From Nymphaea colorata (taxonomy: Eukaryota), in NCBI RefSeq assembly GCF_008831285.2, contig NC_045138.2:7316001-7380000 (forward strand): DNA of 64,000 nucleotides, given 5' to 3'. The notes under the pieces are model-generated. The model worked only from the letters and a program-made list of their open reading frames with translations, was not told where the DNA came from and searched no databases. Shown here one piece after another: positions 27,901 through 39,416 of the stretch. Made by a program: the position numbers and the translations under genes. Position 1 is the first letter of the stretch; each line of letters starts with the position of its first letter.

Positions 27901-30900
27901 AAACATTTGTTTCCAGACTTGTGTTCCTCCTTTGATTTGTCTTCCATTTCTTGTGATGTTTGTCAGTTTGCCAAACATGTGAGGGCTTCGTACCCTCTTT
28001 CTTCTAGTTGTGCTAATGAAGCTTTTTCCCTTATTCACTCTGATGTATGGGGACCTTCGGGCATTCATACCCGTCAAGGTTTCCAGTATTTTATCACTTT
28101 CATTAATGATTTCTCTCGTGCTACATTTATATACTTGTTAAAAGACCGCAGCGAGGTTCCTCGCATCATAGAGACATTTCTTCTTCTTGTGCATACCCAG
28201 TATGGTGCGATTGTTAAAACTTTCAGGTCCGATAATGCCCGTGAGTACATGTGTCAGCCTGTTGAGGAGTTTCTTAGACAACGGGGGATTGTTCACGAGA
28301 CATCCTATAGTTACACCCCCCCCAAAATGGGGTAGCTGAAAGGAAAAATCGTCAACTTCTTAATGTCACCAGGGCTCTTTTGTTTCAGAGAAATCTTCCT
28401 AAACACTATTGGGGTGATGCAGTTCTTACTAGTGCCTATCTTATTAACCGCATGCCCAGTCGTGTTTTGAATGGTAGGACTCCCCACTCGTTGCTTCCTG
28501 GTAGTCGTCCACCATTTCCTCTTCCTCGTGTTTTTTGTTGTGTATGTTTTATCCATGATCACAGTCCAAATGTCAAGAAACTTGATCCTAGGTCTATCAA
28601 AGGTGTCTTTGTTGGATACTCCCCTACGCAAAAAGGATACAAATGTATTGATCCTATTACTGGTCGAGCTTATGTTACGAGGGATGTTACCTTCTTGGAA
28701 CATGCCTCTTACTTTGGTGCGAATCCTCTTCAGGGGGAGCAGTCTGTGGGCAGGGAAGAGTATTCTCAGAGACAGGAACTTCAGTTTATAGATTTTTTGG
28801 ACTACAAGAAAGCAGAATCACTTAATACTGTTGATGTGCCTGAGAAGGAGGAAAGGGGTGACAATAGCATTGAGAAGGAAGGCCCTCAGTTGTTTGGACA
28901 GTTCTACTCTAGACGAGGTACTCGGACAGAGGTGATGACTTGTGATGCTAGATCTACTTCCAATCCCAATGCCACTCCTTCCCTGGATGAACCAAGTTCT
29001 ACCAAGGAGACCGTGGAGACTCATGATGAGGTTGAAAAGAAGAATGACGATCTTCCCATTGCCCTGAGAAAGGGTGTCAGGTCATGTACTCAACACCCCA
29101 TTGGTAATTTTGTTTCTTATTCCAGACTTGGGAAAGATTACAAGTGCTTTGTCTCTACTCTCTCTTTGGCTGTGATTCCCAGGACTGTCGTTGAAGCTCA
29201 AAGTGACTCCAAGTGGGCTGATGCAATGAAAGAAGAAATAGAGTCCCTAAGAAGAAACTTGACATGGGAAGTGGTGAAGATTCCTGAAGCCGCTCACCTA
29301 ATTGGATCCAAATGGGTGTATACCATCAAGTACAAACCAGATGGGAGTGTTGAAAGATATAAAGCTCGACTTGTGGCCAAGGGGTTTAGCCAGAAATATG
29401 GAATTGATTACTTGGAAACCTTTGCTCCTGTTGCGAAAATGAAGACTGTGAGGGTGGTTATATCCCTAGCTGTGATGAAGGAGTGGAAGATGTATCAACT
29501 GGATGTTAAGAATGCATTCCTCAATGGGGACCTCGAAGAAGAAGTATATATGCATATGCCTCCAGGATATGAAGAACCAGAAAAGTGTTGTAAGCTGAAA
29601 AAGGCCTTGTATGGCCTTAAGCAATCGCCAGAGCGTGGTTTGAACGACTGAGAAGAGTGATGATACGTCATGGATACAAACAAGGAAATGGAGATCACAC
29701 TCTGTTTGTGAAGAGGAAGGAGAGCAGGGTTACTCTCCTGCTCGTCTACGTAGATGACATGATTGTTACTGGAGATGATGAGGAGGAGATTATCAAGCTA
29801 AAAGGGTTACTGGCTACAGAATTCGACCTCAAAGATCTTGGCAAGCTAAGGTATTTTCTTGGTATGGAGGTTGCTAGGTCTAGTACTGGTCTTGTACTAA
29901 ACCAAAGGAAATATACATTAGATCTGCTGGAAGAAACTGGTAAATTGGGATGTAGACCTACTCCTACCCCTTTTGACACTGGGCACAAGTTGAGTCTTAG
30001 AGATGGAGAGCCTCTCTGTGAAGAAGACAAGGGAAGATATCAACGTTTGGTTGGGAAGCTAATTTATCTTACCCTCACGAGACCTGATATCACCTTTGCG
30101 GTGAATGTTTTGAGCCAATTCATGCATGCGCCAACCGATGCACATCTGAAGGTTGTGGACAGAGTGCTATGCTACCTGAAGAAAAATCCTGGTAAGGGAC
30201 TCCTGTATGTGAAACAAGAGACTGTGGAAATCGAGGGCTATTCTGATGCGGATTGGGCAGGTTGTGGTAATACCAGACGATCCACTACAGGGTACTATGT
30301 CTACTTGGGAGGAAACCTTGTTGTATAGAGGAGCAAGAGACAGGATGTTTGCTCTAGATCCAGTGCAGAGGCAGAATATAGGGCAGTTGCTATGGGAGTG
30401 TCAGAGTTATTAACATTGGAATAGAGATTGAAAGACCTATGAAGATGTACTGTGATAACAAGTCTGCAATCAACTTAGCCAACAACCCTGTTCTTCACGA
30501 CAGAACAAAACATGTTGAAATTGATCGTCACTTCATTCGGGAAAGGATTGATGCGAAAGAGTTGATCTTACCTTACATGAAGTCTGAAGACCAAACTGAT
30601 GTTCTGACGAAAGCTCTTCCTTCAGCTTCATTTGAGAGGAATGTATCCAAGTTGGGCATGTTTGATATGTATGCCCAACTTGAGGGGGAGTGTTGATAGA
30701 TTGTGTGTTGCGGGTCTGGATCCATACCCGACCCGCCTTGTAGCCCGTTTTGGGCTCTACTTAAGTCATGTAACCCTAATCCTTAAGTGTTAATGATAAT
30801 CTTTAGAGAGAGAGAGTCTGGCTGCTAGTGGGCACCAACTCCTCCTCATTCGTGGTTTTTTCTCCCTCGTGTTGAGGGTTTTCCACGTTACATCGTGATC

Positions 30901-33900
30901 ATTGTTTCTCTTCGTCTTCTTCTTTTCGTATTTCTACAATATTATCGTGACTCCGATCAAGAAATTTCTAATACAAATTTGTTCCTTCAAAAACACTTTG
31001 TGACGAAAGATCTTGGTCAACTACGATATTTCTTGGGAATAGAGGTGACTCGCAACAGGGAAGGTGTAGTTCTCTCTCAACGAAAGTATGTTCTGGATTT
31101 ATTGCAAGACACCGGGATGCTAGGAGCTAAACCGGCCAATCTACCTATGAATCCACGCATACATCTTTATGATGACCAATCAGAATTAGTCGATTCTCGA
31201 TCATACAGGTCTCTTATTGGAAAGCTCCTCTATGTTACTGTGACCAGACCAGACATTAGTTTTGCAGTGGGGAAACTAAGTCAATTTATAGAAAAACCCA
31301 GGAAAGTTCATTGGGATGCTGCTTTAATGGTGGTCAAACATCTGAAATCATCTCCTGGCAAATGACTTTTGTTCACAAAAGGCAAGACCCTGGAAGTGGA
31401 AGCTTATAGTGATGTTGACTATGCTGGCTCAATAGAAGACAGGAAATCTACCACAGGATTCTGTGTATTTGTGGGAGGCAACCTTATATCCTGTAGAAGC
31501 AAAAAGCAAGGTGTGGTGTCAAGATCTAGTGCAAAATCTGAATACAGAGCTATGGCTCAAACTGCTGTTGAAATGACTTGGGCTAAATCCATACTATCTA
31601 GCCTAAGTGTGTCGATTCCGCTTCCCATGAAGATGTAATGTGACAATCGAGTAGCCACATACATTGCGAATAATTCAGTTTTCCATGAGAGAACTAAGCA
31701 TATTGAAGTAGACTGTCAAGGAGGAACCATAACCACCATTCATGTATCATCAAAAGATCAAGCTGCAGATGTCTTCATTAAGGCTCTTCCTATTGGTGAC
31801 TATTCTAGATGTTGTGACAAGCTCATCATGATTAATATGTATGCTCCAGCTTGAGGGGGAGTGTTGAATTAGAAGAGTTTATGTTTCTAGGTGGTTCTTT
31901 GCAATGTTTAATAGTTAGGAGGTCTCTATAAACATTCCTCTATTTTTTGTTGCTGTCTTTGTAAATCTCTCTTCAACCATAATCTCTTTATTATGGAGAT
32001 TAGGGTTAGTGAATGAAGTTACGTTTTTTCTCTCTAAGGCTGGCTGCTGTAACAAATGCATATATGTAAATAGCAAGGTTAGGGCTTTGATTAAACAAAG
32101 CCCTTTTCACTTCAATTTTCCTTTTAAAACAAGGACAAGTATGTCTTTGTGTGGGTTGACCGCACCCAAGTTACTATTGACTCGAGTTAGGTGTGTGTCA
32201 AAAACAAGACAAATTTGATCAGTTGCTGTTGAATGACTGCAACCGATGCACATTGACTGTGTCAGGTGTCGTGTTGAAGCCACACCCGCACTTGCACTTG
32301 CGTTGACGTAAGTGCGAATGATGTTTTGAAGCATATGTGTGACATAGCTGTTCACCAAGAAATAGAGGAAAACGAGAAGACAACTAATTGTTGAAGTCAA
32401 TAACAACAAAATAGAGAGCATTCAAAAAGCATGAAGTATATTAGTCTCTAGACTCTCTACATTATGTTGCATGGATAGTAGAGTGTGTGTTGTTCCAATG
32501 TGGTTCACTCATGAGGTCAAACCAGTAACTCCACATAGCTTTGACTATATATATATATAGGAAAATAAGTAGCTACTAGACTTGATGGTAATCATCTAGG
32601 TTATCGATTTAAAGAGATCCGATGATATAGAAAACATGGAGGAATTAAGATAGGGGCTAATCGCCGATATACTATCTAAAACATGGAGGAATTAAGATAA
32701 GTCGGCTGCCGGATGACAAAATATTTAAAAACCATCATTAAAATACCATGCAATAGTTTATGGTATAGCGACAGTTTATGGTGCTTTTTAGTGATGATTT
32801 TTATTGCATTTGTCTAGGACTTCTAATTATTTAGTCATTCGGGCTGTCAGCAGATTTCAATTTTCCATTATGTAAGATAATATATTTCCATATATGAACA
32901 GCAATCTTAATATATTTCCTGCAATGATGTTACTGGCTTTATTCTTGTGTGTATAATATTGTGAAAACTTTATAGGATGCACATACCCGTACTTATACTA
33001 CAAATATAATTGAATGTCTTTTTTATAGTTTGTGTAATGTGTATACATACATTATCTGCATGAATGACTTAATGAAACTGTTAAACCATTTTGTGACGTT
33101 GCAAAAACGTTGATGACTTGGTGTAGTCTTGTCAACTACCTCTTTTTCATTTTTTTATCAGGTTGATGACCAAGTCTGCTGGGATGAATAATAAATAGAG
33201 AATATTGTAGTCTGAATATCAGTATTATATATTCTCTGGGTACATATGCATGTTATTGCAAGCAGGAATGAGATAGGAAGACGGGGTAGCAAGAAGAAGA
33301 AGGGAGAGGAGGAAGACAGGCTGTTGAAGTAGAACAAGAATAAAAAGAGTAGGGTAGCCAAGAGAAGAGGAAGCCAAAGAAGAAGAAGAAAAAAGGAGGG
33401 AGGAGAAGAAGATGGCTAGCTGGACAAACTTTGAAACAAAAGGAAAAGGGATATAAAAGGTAGGAAGAAAAAGAAGAGTAGGAGCCAGGGGAAGAAAAAG
33501 AGGTGATTGGCAGGATAAGGAAAAAAGAGCTATAGCAGAGGCATTGACTTCTGTTCCTACACACACAAACACAGAGAGAGAGAGAGAGAGATCTGTTAGG
33601 CACCGGGTATAACATGGATAGGATCTATGGGGCTGATCCAGTAGTGCTTATAAATAAGGTCGAAGGAACCTTAGTTGAGAAAACGAAGAATATTGAGCAT
33701 ATCGGGGATTAGGGTAAGGTGTGCGTGTGTTATCAGGTTCCCCTTGTAAGGGGTGTTCGTGTTAGCAATGGCTAACAAGATCACTTTCCACTAATTCAAC
33801 ATTGTGTACTTGTCACAAACTTGCCACTGTAGATTGTCCATGTTTGTATTATTCATGAGAGGGAGAGAGAGAGAGGCATTGAGAGAGAGTGGTGTATTTA

Positions 33901-36900
33901 CCTTGGCAGCATGTGTACTAGGTTGTTGCCCTTTGAGTTGATGGTTGAGGTACTAAAAGAATGACTTTTATTGTCTGAAGCATGGACATTGAGGCACTGG
34001 TTTCAGAGTTCATCCAGATGTTCGCATCTTTCACATATAGAGAAATAGGAATCTAGAATTATGATATTCACATTTCTCACATATAGAGACATAGGAATCT
34101 AGAATTATATGTGTTTCTCTAGTGAGGATAGTATTGAAATAAATTGCTGTCTATTTTCACGGTCCCCTAGCCACAATTTCATGTAGGACATAATAGCAAA
34201 GATCACTTAAGGAGGTCCATATCTTTCTCACTCTTGCACTTGATTCCTTTTATTTGAAGCCAGTAGAAGTTATATTAACGTTAAACTAGCCTGGAAGTAC
34301 AAGGATATCAGGATTAGTAGATATTAAACTCGTGAGCTTTCGGTAAAGGAGAAAACTGCTGGAAGCTGAAGACAAATTGAACTGGTCTAAAATGATGGAC
34401 ATGTACTAAGAAGCTATAGAAGCTTAATTGATGTTTAAAGTTAAACTATGTTAGGGTACATGACCTCCATTACTGCTGGAACTTGTTGATGGGAAATGCG
34501 AACATCTCCATCACGTGAATAGCTGGGTCAACTTCTGACCTTCAAATTGAAGGCAGTTGGTCGTCCAACACATACAGGCCGAAGTTGGATTAGTCAGTTA
34601 TCCAAATGTTGGCAAAATCATCGTAATCAATCAACTATATTCAAGAGTTAGTCCAAGAGATATAAAACAGTGTCACTATCTGGTCCTTTTCTTTTGTTTA
34701 CATTGGTTTCTTCATTGTAGTTATTCTTCAAGTTACTTTAATTCCTATTTTATTTAAAGTTATAATATCCAACAGGTTCGAGCTGGAGTGGTTGGTTATC
34801 CAAATGTAGGCAAATCCTCTTTAATTAATCGTCTCCTAAAGCGACGAATGTGCCCAGCAGCCCCCAGGCCTGGTGTCACAAGAGAACTAAGGTAAGTTTT
34901 CTACTAGTTAAGCTCATTTGGATGGGATGTCTTTGAGAGTGTTTTTCTTGTGACTTAGAAAGAGATACTCCAACTTGGATAAGTAAGCTGAGTATAGTTG
35001 TCTTTCTGCTTTGCAGTTCATTATTATCTGTTGTAGTTGCTCTGCATGAGCAGAGTATTGGATACAAATTGGTCGGCTAATTTTGTCAGGCTATGCATGA
35101 AGCAAGCATGGATTTAGTCTTTGCAGTTTCCAATTTGATAACCGCTTACGTCTCCTAGTTGGCTTCCTAATCCAGTAAAATGTGATATTCTTCAGTGTCT
35201 ATTGATTGACAAAAGTAAAATTGGTCAGAGTAAACCTGTACGAAATTAAATCAACATATGGCTTTTGTTAAGCATTTTATATGATTTTGATGCCTACCAC
35301 CCTGATCCCAACATTTAAGTTGGATTTCGTCTAAGAAAAAATGTCTAGGCTATTGACCTCACAGGTGAGCCTATGGATAGGTCATATAGGAAAAGCTAAC
35401 CTAGGCAACCAGCCAAGCGTGGGGGCCAAAGCAAGCCTAGGCAAGTGTTTAAGAACATGGATTGTGACTATGGTACAAATGTGTAATGGTGCTTACTTTG
35501 TTCCTCTTTTAAAAGGTGGGTTCGCTTTGGCAAGGATCTAGAGTTGCTTGATTCGCCTGGCATATTACCTATGCGTATTAGTGACCAGACAGCTGCTATC
35601 AAGTTGGCTATATGTGATGACATTGGGGAACGTTCTTATGATGTGTCTGATGTGGCTGCAATTCTTGTTCAGTTGTTAAAAAGGCACCCAGAAATAGGTA
35701 TATAATTTGCTTTTCCATTTTTTCAAGAAAATGAATCTTTTTTCACCTATGTTGCATCGGCTGATTTTGATAAATTTTACTGGTGCAAGAGTGAGGGATA
35801 TGTATATCCATCTTTAGAGATTTATTTTTAGATGCTCAAAGAATTGAATTTACTTGTCTTGCTACTCTTCAGTTGGTAGTTTCTAAAACTTTTTCTATCT
35901 CATTATCTGATGTAGTTGCTTCATAGGAGCAGACACAATTTGGCCCGTTAATTTGTCGGTGTATGCATAAGCAAGCATGGATTTAGCGTTTGAGTACCTT
36001 CTCCAATTCCTAGTTTGACATAACTTGGTTTTCCAAATGGATTTCCTAGATTGCTGTTGTCTTTTTGGATTAATAGAGGATACATGATTTAGATCAAATT
36101 TCTAGGTATACATGTCAAAATCAGAAAGAATCTGCATTTAGGAATTGAAGTTTCTGAGTCTCCAAATGCATTACTGATGAATGTGTTTGTGTGTGTGTTA
36201 CAGGGGGGAGGAGAGAGAGGCAGAGAGAGAGAGAGAGAAGATTTTACGAATGAACTCTTGGATTTAGTGATACCATCCTTCACATTGATTTTGCAAGCTA
36301 AGATAATTTGTCTTGAAAAATAATCTAGTGTAACTCCTCTATCAAAAATGTTTCACAGTAGTGATTGACCACATCAATCTAGCTTACGTTCTGTTTCTTA
36401 ATGAAATCTCCAAGTATGCATTTTCTTCTATATTGCATATTTTTCATAGATCAGTGGAAGCTCTTAAAACATAAAGCACATTAATTATAACTGGGCAAAG
36501 CACTAATTTTATGGAAGATTCTACTCCGGAACAATTCTGAACTTATTAGTGGCAATGGGATGCAATTTATTAGTTCTTTGCTTTATGAGACATGTCAATT
36601 TCTTTGTCTTCCTAAGCCTGGATAACCTAAAGACTTCAGTTGTGATCTTGGAAATATGCATGCTTGGTCGTTGTTATTCTTGTTGAAAATTGAGTTTCTC
36701 CTGCAGGTTCAAAGGCCCTGTATAATCGCTACAGGATTGATGCAGATGCTTTCTCCAGCAGGACGTATGTCTTCTGCTAAACCTTCTTACACTGACCACT
36801 TTTTCTTTTCTTCAAAATTTTCAAGTCATTCTACTTCTCATGCACAGGTTTGTAGAGAAGCTTTCACTTCAATTGTTCAATGGAGATGTAAACCAATCAG

Positions 36901-36971
36901 CATTTCGAATATTGACAGACTATCGCAAGGGGAAGTTCGGTTGGTTTGCACTTGAGAGACCTCCCATATAG
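8458..36971 (+). CDS. DGP3: DAR GTPase 3-like, chloroplastic (RbgA/YlqF circularly permuted ribosome-biogenesis GTPase); 9 exons, 1149 nt, ~382 aa
   Basis: Exons 8458-8634, 10521-10664, 10800-10916, 11046-11189, 11303-11389, 34776-34891, 35516-35697, 36707-36764, 36848-36971. All introns GT-AG with consistent phase. Motifs: [16 protein letters not shown] (G4), GYPNVGKS (G1), PGVT (G2), DSPG (G3), C-terminal RKGKFG. Ser/Arg-rich transit-peptide-like N-terminus. Confidence 0.92.
9534..10035. repeat. Near-perfect 250-bp tandem duplication in DGP3 intron 1
   Basis: Copy 1 starts 9534, copy 2 starts 9784. The only difference I see is one T in a T-run. TCA microhomology at the junction. Confidence 0.95.
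10521..10664 (+). CDS. DGP3: DGP3 exon 2
   Basis: ctgcag|ATT; IPGG...[15 protein letters not shown]|gtgcat. Confidence 0.85.
10800..10916 (+). CDS. DGP3: DGP3 exon 3
   Basis: [39 protein letters not shown]|gtga. Confidence 0.92.
11046..11189 (+). CDS. DGP3: DGP3 exon 4 (G4 motif)
   Basis: [19 protein letters not shown]...NGQLGM|gtatcg. Confidence 0.92.
11303..11389 (+). CDS. DGP3: DGP3 exon 5
   Basis: [10 protein letters not shown]...[10 protein letters not shown]|gtgagt. Confidence 0.9.
11952..12613. mobile_element. Non-autonomous hAT-like element (MITE)
   Basis: Inverted termini CTATGTTGC...GCAACATAG, sub-terminal GGACA repeats, imperfect flanking AGAAAA(T/C). Confidence 0.6.
13661..14989 (+). 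mobile_element. Non-autonomous hAT derivative
   Basis: Termini CAATGTCAC...GTGACATAG. The 5' subterminal tacgttttgatctgg...gatccaaacc resembles 18580-18620 of the transposase-coding hAT, and the 3' cgtacc repeats resemble 21560-21600. Confidence 0.6.
16191..16434. repeat. 122-bp tandem duplication in Copia-1 gag (frameshifting)
   Basis: accacgatcaaattgaatgg...aagaaaaagg at 16191 and again at 16313, with few substitutions. Confidence 0.9.
18539..21606 (+). mobile_element. hAT DNA transposon with degenerate transposase (BED finger, DUF659, dimerisation domain)
   Basis: ORF 19214 (PLWSYV...CTFC...RVKAHL, BED finger) and ORF 19912-21084 ([23 protein letters not shown]...[17 protein letters not shown]). 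In-frame stops, e.g. DG*TD. 3' terminus GTGACATAG at 21598-21606; 5' terminus not found. Confidence 0.9.
25508..30938 (+). mobile_element. Copia-3: young, near-complete Ty1/copia element nested in Copia-2 RT
   Basis: 248-bp LTRs 25508-25755 and 30691-30938 (3 transitions), TSD ATATT, PBS TGGTATCAGAGCC. gag-pol from ATG 26404 to ~30690 with frameshifts near 28320 and 29630 and a TAG at 30326. Confidence 0.97.
26098..26235. repeat. GC-rich ~40-bp tandem repeats in Copia-3 leader
   Basis: gccgctctgcc(t/a)ggttccggcggt... repeated three times plus a partial fourth copy. Confidence 0.8.
34578..34640 (+). pseudogene. Decayed duplicate of DGP3 exon 6 (pseudo-exon)
   Basis: acag|[20 protein letters not shown] vs true acag|[20 protein letters not shown]; 29/39 nt identical from the acceptor, core 19/20. 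Confidence 0.65.
34776..34891 (+). CDS. DGP3: DGP3 exon 6 (G1 P-loop, G2)
   Basis: aacag|[38 protein letters not shown](R)|gtaag. Confidence 0.93.
35516..35697 (+). CDS. DGP3: DGP3 exon 7 (G3)
   Basis: [38 protein letters not shown]...HPEI|gtata. Confidence 0.92.
36707..36764 (+). CDS. DGP3: DGP3 exon 8
   Basis: ctgcag|(G)[18 protein letters not shown](T)|gtatgt. Confidence 0.85.
36848..36971 (+). CDS. DGP3: DGP3 exon 9 (terminal)
   Basis: [40 protein letters not shown] (TAG 36969-36971). Confidence 0.9.
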
Positions 36972-38899
36972 GCATGCTTGATGAGCTTGCTCGCTTCATC
37001 TTTTCACTATCCTGCTATTCATGAGGCACGTTGTATAGCTATTTCCTTTTTATGGTTCCCTTTTATAATTTGCGTAGAAATTATTCTAGATTCAGGTTTG
37101 TATTCAAGAAGGGAACTTTTACGTTGTATACTTGGAACCTTTTATCCTGCAAGAACATTAAAAAGGTTGTGTTAGTCGATATAAACTACACGGTAAGGAT
37201 CATAAATGGCAAAAGGCTGCATATAAATAAATAAATGAATCTCATTGTTTGTTAGCTAAACGCTTTCTTCAAGAGTGTGTTTCCTTGCTTTTAAACTTCA
37301 GTAAGATGGGTTTGTGATGTGTTTTCTCAATGCAAAGTCCAGAGTGTGCGTGTGAATCGTGAGCTGAGCGCCCTTGCCGGTATATGCACTGATGAGAGCA
37401 CAAATGGCTGTTTGAACCAGAACGTATGAATTGATGTTGATATGATTTTTCTTTGTAACATTGGTAGGGAAAAACTCACCCTTGAACCGTCATGAGAGCA
37501 GCAATAAACCCTTTGGAGGTTCTCAACAAAGGCACCACGATTTGGCTTGCGCAAAGCAGTGGTATACTCGACCTCAGGAGTTAGAATGGTGTCCATGAGA
37601 CTCTTATCTGGACCAATCATCCATAATATGAAGTTGATCGCCATAAAACATTGCGATCCTTCGGTGGAAGGTAAAAGGCCTTCTCCTGCGTATCTCATTG
37701 TTGGACAGAGTGGTGCCCAGCAAAGGCCTTGAAGGTGCCGTCCTAATCCGAGTTTTATGCTGCTAGAAGTGTAACTACGGTCCTGGTCTTACCACTCGAT
37801 GTCTCCTCTGCCAAAAAATTGGTAGGGAAAGAAAACTCTGAAGTGCCCACAATTTCATACTAGAAACTGAAGCTGGGGCTAAGGTCCTGCACCTACAACC
37901 CTGTATGTTTTGTTACCGTTGTCTTTACTACAGTTTTCGCGGCAGAAACCTTCCAGGCAACGAATAAAGACAGAGACTATTATTAGATAAATGTCGGACT
38001 CATCTATCTACGAGTCAATGGCAAGCAAATAGAGATCTAACTGGTTCAGAGGACAAATCTAAATGCACAAGAATAAAAATTCAACAAAAACAAAAATTTC
38101 GGAACCACAGACCATTTTATTGATACAAGTAGGCCAAGTACCAACATGGCTGTCAGTCTTTTTACATTAGGGGCAGTGCTTCAGCGCTCCTTGTATGCTT
38201 TGATTCTGCAAACATGGTTCTAACTTTCTGGAAGAGAATATATCGAGCATGGAACATGGTATCAAAGGTAGTTTTTCTGGTGTGCATGTAGGGGTCCACT
38301 AGACACTGGTAGCTCATGGATGCACATAGCAGATGAATTTTCGTAGAATGATACATGAAAAGGAGCTATCTGGGACCTGGGTGGCTGCAACCAGGAAGCC
38401 TTGAATCTCAAAGTCGATGCAGGTCTCAGAGTTCAAAATCATTGAAAGAATAGATCTTAAGACGCAGTTTACACGGTAACTGAAACTAAAAAAGAGAAAC
38501 TGATTATGCAAAATTCAATTATAAGATCAAATACAGCAGCAAGGGAGACCAAAAAATTGAACACGAACTTGATGTGTATGAATTAACAAAATCACCTTCC
38601 AACCAACAGCGAAGCTCTCTACACCACCCCATTTACCAAATATCCCTTATGATACATATTTCCCACATTATCTCTACAATTACTTACAAAAATGTCTCCC
38701 CGAGACCACCCATCAACCACTTAATATTTCTATTCCATTATGGTGGCAGCTTTATCCTACCCTGGATTCCTGTCCGCCATGAACATGCATTCAGGTCAGG
38801 ATGCTTATGCCCATGTTCAATGAATCAAAACCAACTTGAATCAGATCATTGGATCAAGAGCTGCCTATCTACAAGTGGGTGGATATCCTCAATTCAGTT

Positions 38900-39416
38900 T
38901 CATATGCTTCTGATAGTGTCTACTCTGTCGATGACATCCAATGCTTTCAATTTGTCAATGTCAAAGTCAATAACAGGCAACATTGAAAGTCTTCTCAAAG
39001 GAAAGGAGTCCTTCCTACCCCAACTACTTGGAGACTGACTGCTGCTTTTACTCAACCTATGGTACTTAGAAGATCTGGGCTTTACAATGTCAAACTCTTG
39101 GCTTTTACTAATCCCAGGAGTAAACTTTCTCCAGGTCACTCTACGTAGCATATTCTGGTCTTCTTCAGATAGACCTGATGATTTTGCTGACTTCTCTGTA
39201 GATGACAGTGAGGCTGCATGCAACTGGTTTGGTGAACGGATAGGTGATTTAATGGGAGACCTGGCATAACTGAGACCAGGCCTTGCACGGCTGACCAAAT
39301 GGTGAAGCCACACGACTAGCTCGAGCATGTAAGCTTCAGTCTTCTCTTTATCAGCATGGTGGAGGGTCTCTATGCGGGTCAAGTCAGCTCCAGCTGGTTT
39401 ACGGTTCACCTCAGAT
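38900..39416 (-). CDS. PSI1: PSI1-like exon 12 (terminal)
   Basis: SEVNRKPAGADLTRIETLHHADKEKTEAYMLELVVWLHHL...ALDVIDRVDTIRSI*. Confidence 0.92.

Larger units (their letters stand above)
21831..32054 (+). mobile_element. Copia-2: degenerate Ty1/copia element hosting Copia-3
   Basis: 193-bp LTRs 21831-22023 and 31862-32054 (~11 differences by manual alignment), TSD AATGC, PBS TGGTATCAGAGCC. Protease WIIDSGAS, integrase, RT and RNase H in broken frames. PPT TTGAGGGGGAG. Confidence 0.95.

Noticed and set aside
33251..33777. Possible solo LTR (TGTTA...TAACA)
   Set aside because: Flanks ATGCA and AGATC do not form a TSD and no partner LTR is in the window; the ORFs here are purine-tract artefacts.
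38574..39269. Plus-strand ORFs opposite PSI1 exon 12
   Set aside because: Antisense shadows of the real coding exon and 3' UTR.
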